Below are positions 1 to 12,055 of a DNA stretch of 64,000 nt, piece after piece; the stretch's first letter is position 1, and every line of letters begins with the position of its first letter. The DNA is from Podarcis gaigeae (lineage: Eukaryota), in the NCBI GenBank assembly GCA_964106915.2, contig OZ066915.1; one strand, written 5' to 3'. A model generated the notes under the pieces. That model saw only the letters and a program-made list of their open reading frames with translations. It ran no database searches and was not told the DNA's origin. The position numbers and the translations under genes are program-made.

Positions 1-1764
1 GCTTTGATTTAGGTACCAGGTACAACAGTCAGCTGGTCAATTGTGATCAAGTTGTGTTTTTAAAAGGTTTCCGAAACATTTATTTGCCGCCATAGCACCA
101 GCTTTACAGTGTGCACAACCATGCTGCAAACCTTCCTTGAGAGTCTGTGTGCATCATATGTTGAGTGCAAATGACTCCTTTTTTTGCAATATTATATCAG
201 TTACATTTATGTGCTGATCGTTTTATTGGGCTAGTTTGCTAGCAAAGCGCAACCACATACCTGGGAAGTCAGCCTCAAAAGCTTTGGAGTTTGTCTAAAA
301 ATGGCTCAACAACTTTCAGGGTGTCCCGGTTTTTACTTTTTGAAATATGGCAACCCTAACATGATGAGCCCACCAAAAGAATTCTCAAAGGTTGGAGAAT
401 CAGGACTTGGCAGAAGTTCTGCTGACACTTCCTCAGCAAGGCTTGATCTTCTTCATTCTAGCTTTTACAGTATTATGCTTTCCAACATCTCCGCCGCATT
501 GTGTTTCTTGACATTTTTTGCTTGTCTTATCAGCTTATATTTATTTTGTCAGTATCTGCGCTCTTTCATGTTTTATCTCGTTTGGGCAGGACTTCCACTT
601 TTTAAAGGAAGTTGTCTCGTGGTGTTTCCTTTTATAGTTTCTTTGACTCAACTCATCTACCACAGTGCTGCATTCTTTGGATTGTTGTAACTTTCCAATT
701 TTAAGAGAAACGTTCTGTTTTCGAGTTCCTAATATGATGGTTTTAACTAACCTTTGAGCATCTTCAGTATATCTGACCGTTTTTGAATCTCCCATTGCAA
801 GTAATCTTCTATTACAGAGTTCATTTTTCATTGTTAAATGTATTGAATTTTTGGAGCATCTTACCACTCATATAAATGTGTGGCTGTCCCCAAGCAGTTC
901 AGTAACACAAGTCTCCCTTACCATTGTACACATTGTCAAGGAGGGGGTCACTTTCCCGAGTCTTCCCTCCAAGCTACTAACCAATACTTGCTCACAGGAT
1001 CACTACTTCATGACACAAATTAATAAGTATCTGCGAGTATAAAGGGAAGCAAAATCTTGCCACTGGCACTGCAATTGTTGTTGCATGACCCATTGCCACC
1101 CACACCCTGCGTGTAGATATTAGGGGCTTGAAAGGGGGAGGCACACAAGGGTGCACCCCTGCTTCACCTTCTCATAAACTCCTCTTTGTGCGCATGACAC
1201 GTAAAGGAGCAAATAACATGCCCCAGATCTGAGCGCCTTCATTATTAAGTCAGGGGTTGCCTCCCCTCTAGTTAGCTGTGTGAGTTTGACCTGCTTCTCT
1301 GGGTCACAGTAATTTATCACATCGAGAAATTTTGTCTCCTCAACATGAACACTCAAGTCGATGTGAGAGTTAAGCTAAAATCACTTATTAAAACATTTTT
1401 GCTTTAGAATGCCGCCTTGATGTCTCTCCCCTTTGAAAATTTATCGTCAGAGCACTAAGTGCAAGAGGGAATAGTGTGCACTCAGTTATTCATCTATTTC
1501 TTAGGCTTAGGGTTCTATACAAACTGGATCAGTGCAGGAAATTCACCAGACCCCTTTCAATCCAATCTACAGTCCTTTTAAAAGTAACTCTGTATAACAG
1601 GCCAAGTAGCTCACTACATGCTAGGAAGTTCTTTTGTGTGTGGTATGCAGTACAGTAAGCGCACATCTTACATACATTTAACTTCTGCACCTTCAGCTTT
1701 GCATGCTTTGCGGAAAGCCCAGGGGAAAAATCTGGGCGCCATTGTACCCAGTGTGTTTAGATTG

Positions 1765-2006
1765 CAGTGGTACCTCGGGTTACATATGCTTCAAGTTACA
1801 TGCACTTCAGGTTACAGACTCCGCTAACCCAGAAATAGTACTTCAGGTTAAGAACTTTGCTTCAGGATGAGAAGAGAAATCGTTCTCCGGTGGCGTGGCG
1901 GCAGCAGTAGGCCTTATTAGCTAAAGTGGTGCTTCAGGTTAAGAACAGTTTCAGGTTAAGAACAGACCCCCAGAACGAATTAAGTTCTTAACCTGAAGTA
2001 CCACTG
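1765..2006. mobile_element. Tc1/mariner-superfamily (Tigger/pogo-like) MITE
   Basis: TIR CAGTGGTACCTCGGGTTA...TAACCTGAAGTACCACTG; flanked by TA on the right and TG on the left; homologous to the copies at 11830 and 20547. Confidence 0.85.
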
Positions 2007-5000
2007 TACATGGCTTTTCTTTAGTCCAGTGATAGAAGGTACAGCTAAAGCATCTTCGCCGGCTTTCTGTTTTGCAGGAGGCTGGACAGAGAACTGCCAT
2101 CACAATGTACCTCAAACTCATGTTGCACATTGCAGGAGGTGATGAAAGATGATGCACCACATGCTTTATTATATTGTGTAGTGTAGTTGACCCAGGGAGA
2201 CCTAGGTTCAAATCTTTGTTGAGCCATGAAGTTCCCTGGGGTTGGCCTTAGATAATTCTTTTCTCGAGTCTAGCCTAATTTCCATTCAGAGCTATATTGT
2301 GAAGTTCGTGAGATAAAACCCATGTAGCCTTTTCCTTCTATCTTACATCTTACATTTTCCATGTAGATACAAGGGCAGGCATCACTTGCACTTTATATTA
2401 TGGCTCTTTACACGACAAGACAAAACAAAAGAATTGAAAACAAGTCCTATGGCCCATTCCATTTCCATTTGTAGCCCATATTTATGTATGTTGGCTTGAA
2501 GTCCTTGAAAGAAAGATGTGCTGCATAACAACATGGAGAGGGGGGATTTGTGGGTCTTTTCCCCCTGCCCCAGTTCAAGATGTGCGCCTAGCCCCTATGC
2601 CTCTCAGTGCAGGATGGTGCAAACAAGGGAGTTTCTCCCTTCACAATGTCTAAAAGAAAGCACAAGCTGCTGTTGCAACTTCCTTTTTAATGTGCAAATA
2701 AAAAGCCCTAAGGTCTCTGTGGTTTCCCCTCAGTGACACGGTGTTCCAGTCTTGAGTGTTGCAACAGCCCCTCAAGAGCTCTTTTGAAATGAGTGGAAAG
2801 GACCGTTGGTGAATGGGAAGCAGCTTGTGAGGGCAAAGAAGAGGCGAGGAGGAGGGTATATGGAAGTGATAGTGTCTCCGGCTCTTGCTGTTCTATCTCC
2901 AGTCCCAGAGAACAGGCCATGGAAGGGGTTATGAATGATGCTTCTGCTTCCGGAGACAGGATACCATATTGTGAAAGGCAGATGACTTTGTAGGCCACAG
3001 GCCACAGCTCTGGTCGTTCTGAGAAGATAGATAACTCACTTTTGAAACCAAAGGAGCTTCTGCTTAGAGATGCCACAATATGGAGGGAGGAGGATGAGAG
3101 AGCTTGTAATTTCTTGCTGCTTAACATGCTGGGCTGGCCCTACTGTTAGACGGGGCGGAGATGACCGCCTCAGGCAGCAGCTGCTGGGTGGGGGTGACCA
3201 TTCCTCTCTCTTGGAAGCAGAGCTCTGTGTGCCATACTGCCTGTGCAGGTCCCCCTAAACTATCATATTACCTCTGGTATGATGGTGGACACCAACACGT
3301 CTTCTTTGTCACAGCATTCGTTGTCACACTTAGACTGCAATCCTGTACACACCTGGGGGTAGGTCCCACTAAATTCACTAGAAGTGCGTTTTGAGGAGCC
3401 AAGCACAGTAGGAAGTGGTGGTGAAATGCATTTTCCTCCTCCACTTTTATCACACGGAATATAAAATGTGGATGGTTGTCCACAGCTTGGCTGTTTGTTA
3501 CCTCACTTCAACACTCCAAGCATGCAAGCTACTGGCTTAGGTTCTGCCCATAGTACAAAGAACTGGAGATAGGGTTGCAGTGGGGACATGTTCTGAGTGT
3601 AAAGGGGGTGACCCTGGGGTGTAAGTAGCTGAGGACCGACCACAAGTGCCCTGGGCATTCTGCATCCCTTGTTGCATTTCTGTCGGACCAGGGTGTCGTT
3701 TTAAGCTAGGCTGTGCTACGCTAGAAGGATCACTTTCATTGGCATGGGGGCATCTGTTCTGTTTGACTTGCAATATGATGGAGCCCAAACTCTGGAGGGC
3801 GGCACATTAACTTAAGAACCATTTGACAGAGTATAGCAAAAGCAGGCAGGATGCAGCATTGGAGGGAAAGAAAGCCTTATGGTTTGGGGTTTTTTTTGGA
3901 GGGGGGAGGGAGAAGTACAGGAGGCATTTTGGGGGGATGTAGAGATGAGGGGATGTGTGTGCTGCCCAAATGCATGCTAGGGATGGAGAAAGTGCTACAA
4001 ATAAAAAGGAGTATGCATAAAATACAACAGCCCATGCTTGCTTCTGGGAAGAAATGCATAGTAGACTGTGCAGTCTCTTCATACTTTCTCCAGTGAATTT
4101 TGAAGGCTATCTTGACCAAATACTAAATCTGGTCTCAAACTTGGGGGATCATGTATACCTATGGTTTTTGGATCTTTGATGACTTAATACAAATGGTATT
4201 GGCAGGAGCAGTTGAAATGGGCAGAGTTCTTTGGGTCCAGGAATGCGTCTGGGGAGTAGCAGCATGTTTTTCTGTTGTTTGTAACCAAATGTAAAAGATT
4301 TCCTGAATCACAAACACAATAGGATGGATTGCAGCAAAAAAGCCTGAGGACTATTATGTCAAACATCTCTTGGTGTGCATCTCCTACATGCCTCCTGTAC
4401 ATACATGGAAGGTACTTTATTGATACTTTACATTTTCAATTGATAATATATAAACTGTTCAGAGGTTTTTCTACAGTCAAGCCACATATAAATTTTATTA
4501 AATAAATTAAAATAAACTGGCAATGTTTTTGAGAGAGACTTTTGTCAAAAGACTGACCGTTCTGGTTTGGGGAGGATTGAATACTAAACCCCTCCCAAGT
4601 ATGTTGTATCTTAGATGGATTGCTTTGAAACAGCTTGACATTGAGGAATGTTTGTCTCACACACCTTTCTTTAGTTCGTTGACAGCATCATGGCATTTTA
4701 ACTCCAGAGCCTCAGGTGTAGCCTATATTTGACGAGTCCTAATTTCGGCCCTATGGGTGGTTCTTGCACAAACTAATGTAACTTTGTAACATTCACAAAT
4801 TCCTAAGTTAAATCCCCCCACATGATGGTGGGAAAAAGCAGGGGGTAGGGTGGGGAGCCCATGAGGTTACTGGACTCCAGCTCCCATCATCCCTAGTCAG
4901 CATGGCAAGTGGTCAGGGAAGGAGGGAATTGTATTTCAGCAACATCTGGAGGGTCACAAGTTCCCCACCTCTGGATTAATGATTCTCCCATCTGTAAGGA

Positions 5001-6908
5001 TTCTACTTCTATTATATTATGCCCATTTTGAGGGAGCTGGCACATGGGCTGATAACCTACCTGCCATGGTCACCAAGAGTTCCAAGGTGTGACTCCCACA
5101 AGCACTCAGTCCCTATGAAGCATTTCCCAGTAATTTACAGTGGGGAGACACCTGTGATCTACAGTGGGCAGAAAATATTGTGACATTGCAGGCCTTGGTG
5201 TGACACAAGAGATCAATCCTATCTCCTCTGGTCCTTCAGAGAACTCTGGAGGAAGGGTAGGTAAAGCCTCTTGCTTTGTGTGGTGTGTTTAGGCAGGAGA
5301 GTGGCTGTTTTTTCTCTCTCACTGCTACTTAAGCTTCTTCAGTGTCCTGCATAAAATAAAAGACAGCAAGAACATTGATGCAGTGGCCCTGCTACTGTTC
5401 TCTGAGCCCTTGCAAATGCCTGACACTGTCATTCTTTGGTGCCAGCCGTGCTGTCAGGGGAAGACTGAATAGGTGCAAATATGTTGCTAAAACACAGTTC
5501 TTGGTAACTTACCCATGCTGACCTCCAAGAACAATTCGGCCAATATCCCTCTCATTCTACTGTGTGTTAGCACCTCCGCGTGAACAGTTCAATATCACCC
5601 TTCTGTTGTCTTACGAGACAGCCTGTGATATTTTCCCAGTCTGCTTGCATTCTGCATGATGTAACTAGGCACTGAAAGATCCGCAGCCATACTGGGGAAC
5701 CAAATGTTATGTTTTCCACCCAAAGCTTATTTGGTTTGGAAAGCTTTTGGAATTCCAAAGTGATGATTTAAGATTTGCAAGGGGGTGAAAGTTTTGGCCA
5801 CACAGAAGTGGAATTTAGTTAGCGGCTTGCTCAACTCACTGATCAGTTCAAATCCATACTTGAGACGAAGAAAATAAATGTTCACCTTGTGAAACCCACA
5901 TGTATTTCCCCACAGTTCCTCTGCTATTTTGGGGTTGTATGAAGTTTCTATTTTACTTGCCCAGTCATATCACAGGACTAAGATGACCACGGCATGTCAT
6001 AAACCCATTTAAATTTTACATTGGTTGCCAAATAACTGAACACATATCATCTTTTCATACTACATACATTCCAATTAGCATGGCCTGATCAGTTTAAGAG
6101 GTAGACATTATAAGCAGGAACCTGCTGAGCATGTTCAATCTCTAGTGAGAACTAGTTTTTTGCTCACAGGTATCCTTACTGGTGTGCATTGCATCAAAAC
6201 AAACAAAAATGGCCATCTAAATTTTGAACAGTAAATAGTTCCACTCTGGAAACAGATCTGAATTACTGACTCTGGTGAAAGCTATGAATTCCATATTTAT
6301 TAATGAACGTAGGAGTGATAAATTTTGTCATGAGTTATACGTGCTGAACCCAAAAGCAACTGTATTAACTTCCTAAGATAAAACTGCAACAACTAAAGAA
6401 TACATAGCCCAACATGCAGTGCTCCACTCAGCCACTGCAGTCTTGTATCTTTCCCCCCACCTTCCCTAAAGTCAACAGGGGCAGCAATTAGCTAGACCCC
6501 AAACCCGATTGCCCCTCTATGTCACAGCAACTTTTTTTATTTCAGTGGCCAATGTGTGCCTGGCTCTGGAATAAGAAACAACAAGAGGAAAAGGAGGAAG
6601 TTGAAGATGTTGAGACTCGAAATCAGCTGTCTCTTTAACTGGTTTGAACAGAAGAATTTCCTTGGACAAATAAAATGAATGGCCACAGACCCAGTAAAAC
6701 TGGTTTCTACAGAAGGATATGTTGCTACCCCCCCCCCAAACATATTTGGTCCCAAGCCCATACCAGCCCAGCCCAGCCCTTCCCTTGTGAACATCACTGT
6801 ATGGAAGAACCACAGAGACTGCACCTGCTGTAGGCAAAGCACAGCAAGGAGGCTGTGTTCCTGTGGCAGCAGTATGTCTGCATGATCTTCTTCATATTTT
6901 GTTCACTC

Positions 6909-6914
6909 TTTATT
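6909..6914 (-). terminator. QRICH2 polyadenylation signal AATAAA
   Basis: Plus-strand tttatt just 3' of the predicted stop codon. Confidence 0.65.
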
Positions 6915-6975
6915 GTCTTTCTTTCATCTGTAAGAACCATGCTTTCATTGGGGCACAAAGCTGGTGGGTCTCTGC

Positions 6976-7103
6976 TTATGCTGACTGCTCATCTGAGTGT
7001 CTTGAGGGAATCGTCATTCGTAGCTCAATGGTTTCTCTGTCATGCATTCCAGGCTCTTCCGTGATCCGCAAATGGGTTGTGGATTTGTCCCCTGCAGACT
7101 TAG
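6976..7103 (-). CDS. QRICH2: QRICH2 probable terminal coding exon: (A)KSAGDKSTTHLRITEEPGMHDRETIELRMTIPSRHSDEQSA*
   Basis: TTCTGTGTTGCAG acceptor, phase 1 matches the previous exon, TAA stop at 6976-6978, AATAAA about 62 nt downstream. Confidence 0.72.
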
Positions 7104-7219
7104 CTGCAACACAGAACAGCCGCCATAGAATTGTAGAACTGGAATGGACTACGAGCCCAGATCTAATTATTATGAGTATAAGAAACTGATTAACCAATAT
7201 TTTATCCATTGGACTACAG

Positions 7220-7344
7220 CAGGCATAGGCAAACTTGGCCCTCCAGATGTTTTGGGACTACAACTCCTACCATCCCTAGCTAACAGGACCAGTGGTCAGG
7301 GATGATGGGAACTGTAGTCTCAAAACATCTGGAGGGCTGAGTTT
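7220..7344. mobile_element. Short hairpin MITE (CCAGATGTTTTGGGACTACAACTCC family) inserted into an older related copy
   Basis: Nearly palindromic; 8-bp direct repeat GACTACAG on both sides. Degenerate relatives near 4860, 10030, 11580, 25900, 32850, 34560, 49320, 50300, 59550 and 62460. Confidence 0.7.
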
Positions 7345-7499
7345 GACTACAGCTACCATCTGCCCCAGCTAACATGGTTGGGGATAATGAGGTTTGCATT
7401 CCAATAACATCTAGCAGGCACCTGGTTCACAATTCCTTACATATATGGTTGTGCCAGCTTATTTTATAATGTGGGAAGTAGCCTTGAGAGCTTCAGATC

Positions 7500-7670
7500 A
7501 CCTTAAGAATGGAAGAATGGAAGAAGAGGCTGCTGGATCAGGCCAATAGCCTATTTCATCCAGCATTCTGTTCTCACAGTAACCAACCAGATACCTGTGG
7601 AAAGCTCCAAAGTAGGAGCTGAGTGCAGTAGCACTCTCCCACTTGTTGTCTTGCACGACAGCAGGAGGGC
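7500..7670 (-). mobile_element. Old CR1-type 3'-end fragment
   Basis: AAGAAGAGGCTGCTGGATCAGGCCAA...CCAGCATTCTGTTCTCACAGT resembles a recalled squamate repeat; an inverse relative lies at about 53130-53360. Confidence 0.5.
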
Positions 7671-9686
7671 AGTGGATAAGAGGTCTGCTCAGCACTATGA
7701 CCTTGAATGCAAATTTATTAGTTTTTTACATGGCTTTGGTTCTGCTAGAAAAGTGAAGATGTAGCTCCCATGCAGAAAGCCTGATGCTTCACTTAGCCAG
7801 ACTTTGACTGCTAGAAGCACGAATTTTCACCAACAGAAGGCTCAAGACCCATGCCTCCTTGCATGGACTTTGAAGGCTTCCAATTTTATTTTATTTTAAT
7901 TATTTTGCAAGTGAAAGCGATGCACAAAATTGGCATGTTTGCACTGGCCCATTTACCTTGACAAACATTTTAGACTTATGGGGTTGTGACGCTTGATCTA
8001 GGTTTTTAAAAGATAGCAGCATCTCAAACAGTCAGTTGTTGAATGGAGGCAGGGTTAATTTGACTGCAGCATTTAACCCCAGGATTAGTTTTCAGTGCTA
8101 GAAGTCACTATTGAAAATGAAATATGGCATTTGCAATTCTATATCTCCTGCTAAAGAGGAGAGGAATGATCTTCCAGATCCTCTTAGCAGTTTTTCTATT
8201 GTTATGCACAGAACAGAATATACCTGCTGCATCATATGTACTCCACCCAAGGAAACACATCACACACCCCTCTCTCACACACCCACATCCCTACACCTTT
8301 AAGGCTGTGGAGAGCCTTTATTGGTCCAGTCTTCTCACAATGTATACTTGTTTTCCCACATTCAGTTTAAAAAAGTATATTTGCCTTTCATGTGTTACAG
8401 ACTGCTTCACGGGTACACTTAGTGTACTGCCAATTTTGTAACATGTAAAGCAGCCCTCAAGCCGAGGTGTAATGGGGTTGAGCATCAAGCCCTTCTTGTC
8501 ATTCCTATATGCAAAATGACTGCCGGCTTTGAGCAGAAAGATAATTTTATCCAGGTGGTTAAAATTTCTCCAGCAGCCACTGGCTCTTTCCTTTCCCTTT
8601 CACCCTCAGCCTTGCTCCTTCCACTCTTCCCCCACATTCGCCACACAGGGCAGGCAAAGTTCACCGACGGGTTCTGTACATTTCCACAAGTTAGGTGCGC
8701 TGCTAAGTAAACAGTGCTCTTGGTCTATGCTAAGCAGCCCCATGATTTCCTGCAGTGCTCTTCAATCAGTCTGGCACACAGTCCAATTGTTCTAACTGAC
8801 TGTGTTTGCAATTACATCTCAGATGTGAGCGTTCAGCACCACGGTGCTACCAGAAGGGAGCTCTCTATAATGGACAGATGGATTGGCAGGCGTGGAGATT
8901 GCAAGCAGACCTAGAATCAGTGAACCAGTGACAGTCCTCTCACTAGAAGCCTTTGCTGGCCCTTTTTTTATTAATTTAAAGAACCTGCATGAAGCTACTT
9001 CCCTGAGCACAAAATCTGCAAAGATGTACAATGGAACTGGCCTATAGAACGCACAGAGGAAATACCCACTCTATAAAGCCTTAAAACTGGCTTAACTGAA
9101 ATCTCCCCTGCTCAAGGGATTCTGGGAAACATAGTTCTGCAAAGAGTGTGTGCAAACTACAGCTCTCTTAACAAGATTCCCTCTATAAACTACAATTCCC
9201 AGGATTATTTGGGAAAGCCACAACAGTTTTAAGGCCGACCAGACTAGTGAGTTTTGGTTTTTTTTGCAGGTGCAATTAACAATGGATTAGTAGTGTATTT
9301 AAACTTGACCATCCATCACCACCCCAAACATTCTGGGCATGAAAAGTTACCAGATTTCAGCAGGAGATTATGGGACATGCAACGTTTGGAAACAAAACTG
9401 TATGTCCAATGTAGATGCCAATGATAACGGAAATCACATATAACTGTGCCAATGTCATCATTAGCACAAATAATCATGAATGCATAAAAAGGATGTCTGC
9501 AGGGGCCCTAGGTACAGTATAAAACCAATATAAAAGCAGAGTTTGTCTCATAGACGCTCCACTTGTGTGGACTGTCCTATTCTATATTAATCCCAGAATG
9601 AGTATATAAATTAAGGAAACCTCACTATCTTATCTGAGTGGGTCTCATCTCATCTTTTCTGGATCCTGACCTGGCTCGGAACTTAC

Positions 9687-9812
9687 CTGACATGCTGCGC
9701 AAAGACACTTTGGCAGTGTGGGGACGAGCTGGAAGATTGGCAATGTCACTCAGCGTGGGATGATGCCTTTGTGAGGACGACCGAATGAGCTTGTTTCTCT
9801 GTTTTAAAACAC
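9687..9812 (-). CDS. QRICH2: QRICH2 exon: VLKQRNKLIRSSSQRHHPTLSDIANLPARPHTAKVSLRSMS
   Basis: CCACCAG acceptor, CAG|GTAAGT donor, 126 nt, phase 1 to 1. LPARPHTA resembles the recalled human LPSRPQSA. Confidence 0.85.
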
Positions 9813-9931
9813 CTGGTGGGAGAAGCACAGAGGGTGGAAGGACACTTCAGTATTTCTGTTACACACATACAAATAGTGATGTAGTGATTTAAAGAAGCCA
9901 AACAAGAGCCATCCTTTTACATGCACCAGGT

Positions 9932-9993
9932 CATAGAATCATAGAATCATAGAGTTGGAAGAGACCACAAGGGCCATCGAGTCCAACCCCCTG
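9932..9993 (-). mobile_element. Very short CR1 3'-end insertion, same subfamily as 51882-52523
   Basis: About 50 bp identical to the 3' end of the CR1 at 51882; flanked by an AGGTC direct repeat (9928-9932 and 9996-10000). Confidence 0.85.
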
Positions 9994-10461
9994 TTAGGTC
10001 TCTTACAGATGTGCTTATTCAGTAAACCAGGGGCGAGGATCCTGCGATCTGATCTGCCAAAATGTTGCTCAACTGCAACTCCCATCAACCAAAGTCAGCC
10101 TGCCAATGGTCAGAGGTGATAGAGATGGCAGACAGGGAACAACTGAAGGGTCACAGGTTCCCCGTCCATGCGGTAAACCATTTGGCAATTGCTGTACATC
10201 TCCCAGCTCTGAGACTGGAGTAAGGGTCATTCAAGAGATGGACTAGAGCTCTTTTCTTTTTCTTAAATCACCCCTAGCCATAGAAACCGGCAGCAGGAAA
10301 ACGGTGCTGGCTTTGCATTCTGCAGCTGAAGGCAAATGTTTCACATTTTCCATGCAAGGTAAAGGCAGCTCTGCATATTAACACTTAATAACCTGAACAG
10401 TGTTCATGAAAGGGCTAATAAAATCTACCCAAAGCATCTGCACATGGAATATAACACTTAC

Positions 10462-10549
10462 CGTCCTTTCCAGTTATTGATGGGAGTTGTGCGTCCATCC
10501 GTCCTTTGTAGATATGACCATCAAGACCCAGTATATCTACCTCTTCATG
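10462..10549 (-). CDS. QRICH2: QRICH2 exon: HEEVDILGLDGHIYKGRMDAQLPSITGKD(G)
   Basis: TTCCTAG acceptor, ACG|GTAAGT donor, 88 nt, phase 0 to 1; conserved EVDILGLDGHIYKGR motif. Confidence 0.95.
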
Positions 10550-10813
10550 CTAGGAATCAATGCAAGCACAGGGCAGATTTCAATTTAGCCCCAAGGGCAA
10601 ACATTAAAAATCCATTACAAACCAGTCCTGCAGTTTCACTCCATCAGTCTCAACACTTACAGTGGAGCTTGAAAAGCTTTCTCACTTTGACAGTAGGGTG
10701 GCCAGGCTGGAACCTAGTGATCCCTGGTTTGCCTTTTAGATTCCCTGATCCAGTGACAGCTTCCCTGCCCATCTCTTCCTTAGTCCTGTTGTCCACTCAC
10801 ACCTGTTTGCATG

Positions 10814-11573
10814 TGTCAGGGGTTCAGAAGGAGAGACACAGGAGGGGGAGCAAATGGAGAGTGAGGAGGAGGAGTACGAGGGGGGCGCAGGCAGTGACAG
10901 TGGCCAGAGTTATTCCACAAGCCTCTCTAGCGAATTGGAGGACTCACAGAAGGGAGCGCCGGTGGCCAGAGCAAGGGAGATTCCAAGGGAGAAACCTCAA
11001 GAGGGAGGGGCCAGCGGGGAGTCCCTGAACAGCAGCTGGAGATCAGGGCCAGCGTCTCCACCAGAGCGCAGTGGGGAGGGGGAGTCCCAGGAGTCGGGAC
11101 CAGTGTCCTCACCACCAGAGGGAGGAGAGGAGTCAGGTTTGGCAACACCCACATCAGGAAGCGGGGAAACGGTCAGAAGGAAAGTCACCGGCTGGGCGCG
11201 CGCGCCAAGTTCAAATGTACAGGAGCGCGGCACAGCGGGGAGCCCGGGAAGGGAGCCAGGTCCTAAAGCCTGCCGGAGGGAGGGGCAAGACTCAGGAGGC
11301 TCCGCGTCAGAGGAGTCCAGGAAGGAGGGAACCCCAGAGGGCAGAAGGACCCAACGCAGGAAAGAGCAGCGCAAGAGGTGGAGCCGGGCTAGAATCTTAA
11401 ACTGGTGTGGGTGGAGCAGTGAGTCAGAGGGGACTTAGCCGGTCTAGCGTTAAGACGTGGGCCTGCGCGCCCAGAGCTTGGAAATGGAAACCAAACTTCA
11501 ATAAAGACTTTTGTATATAATATCCACTGGGCGTTGGTCCTCTGTGAGCTGGGACCTAGCGGCAGTCCTGACA
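10814..11573 (+). mobile_element. Solo LTR (760 bp; Gypsy- or ERV-type) containing a 194-codon ORF (10854-11438)
   Basis: Inverted termini TGTCAGG...CCTGACA, perfect 5-bp TSD GCATG (10809-10813 and 11574-11578), AATAAA at 11500-11505, CpG retained. Confidence 0.85.
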
Positions 11574-11829
11574 GCATGTTACCTCCAACCTCCAGATTTT
11601 GTCGGACTACAACTCCCATCAGCCCTAACCACTGGCCATTCTGACTGCAGCTGATGGGAGATGGGAGTCCAAAAACATCTGGAGAGCATACATTGTTGCA
11701 GAAGGCTGCCCTACTCTACCAAGGAGGTTACAAAGGTAGAAACTCCATCTCTAGGTTGCAACCTGTTGGTGGTTCCATTGACTGAGAAAGAGTGGGAAAC
11801 GCTGGAATCCCCTCTGCAGTAAACAGATA

Positions 11830-12055
11830 CAGTGGTACCTCGGGTTAAGTACTTAATTCATTCCGGAGGTCCATACTTAACCTGAAACTGTTCTTAACAT
11901 GAAGCACCACTTTAGCTAATGGGGCCTCCTGCTGCTGCCGTGCCGCCGGAGCACAATTTCTGTTCTCATCCTGAAGCAAAGTTCTTAACCTGAAGCACTA
12001 TTTCTGGGTTAGCGGAGTCTGTAACCTGAAGCGTATGTAACTCGAGGTACCACTG
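11830..12055. mobile_element. Tc1/mariner-superfamily MITE, opposite orientation
   Basis: TIR CAGTGGTACCTCG...CGAGGTACCACTG with TA TSD. Confidence 0.9.

Noticed and set aside
8819-8910. Alternative QRICH2 terminal exon (GLLAISTPANPSV...*)
   Set aside because: It is phase-compatible but has a weak polypyrimidine tract and no nearby AATAAA. The 6976-7103 exon has both.
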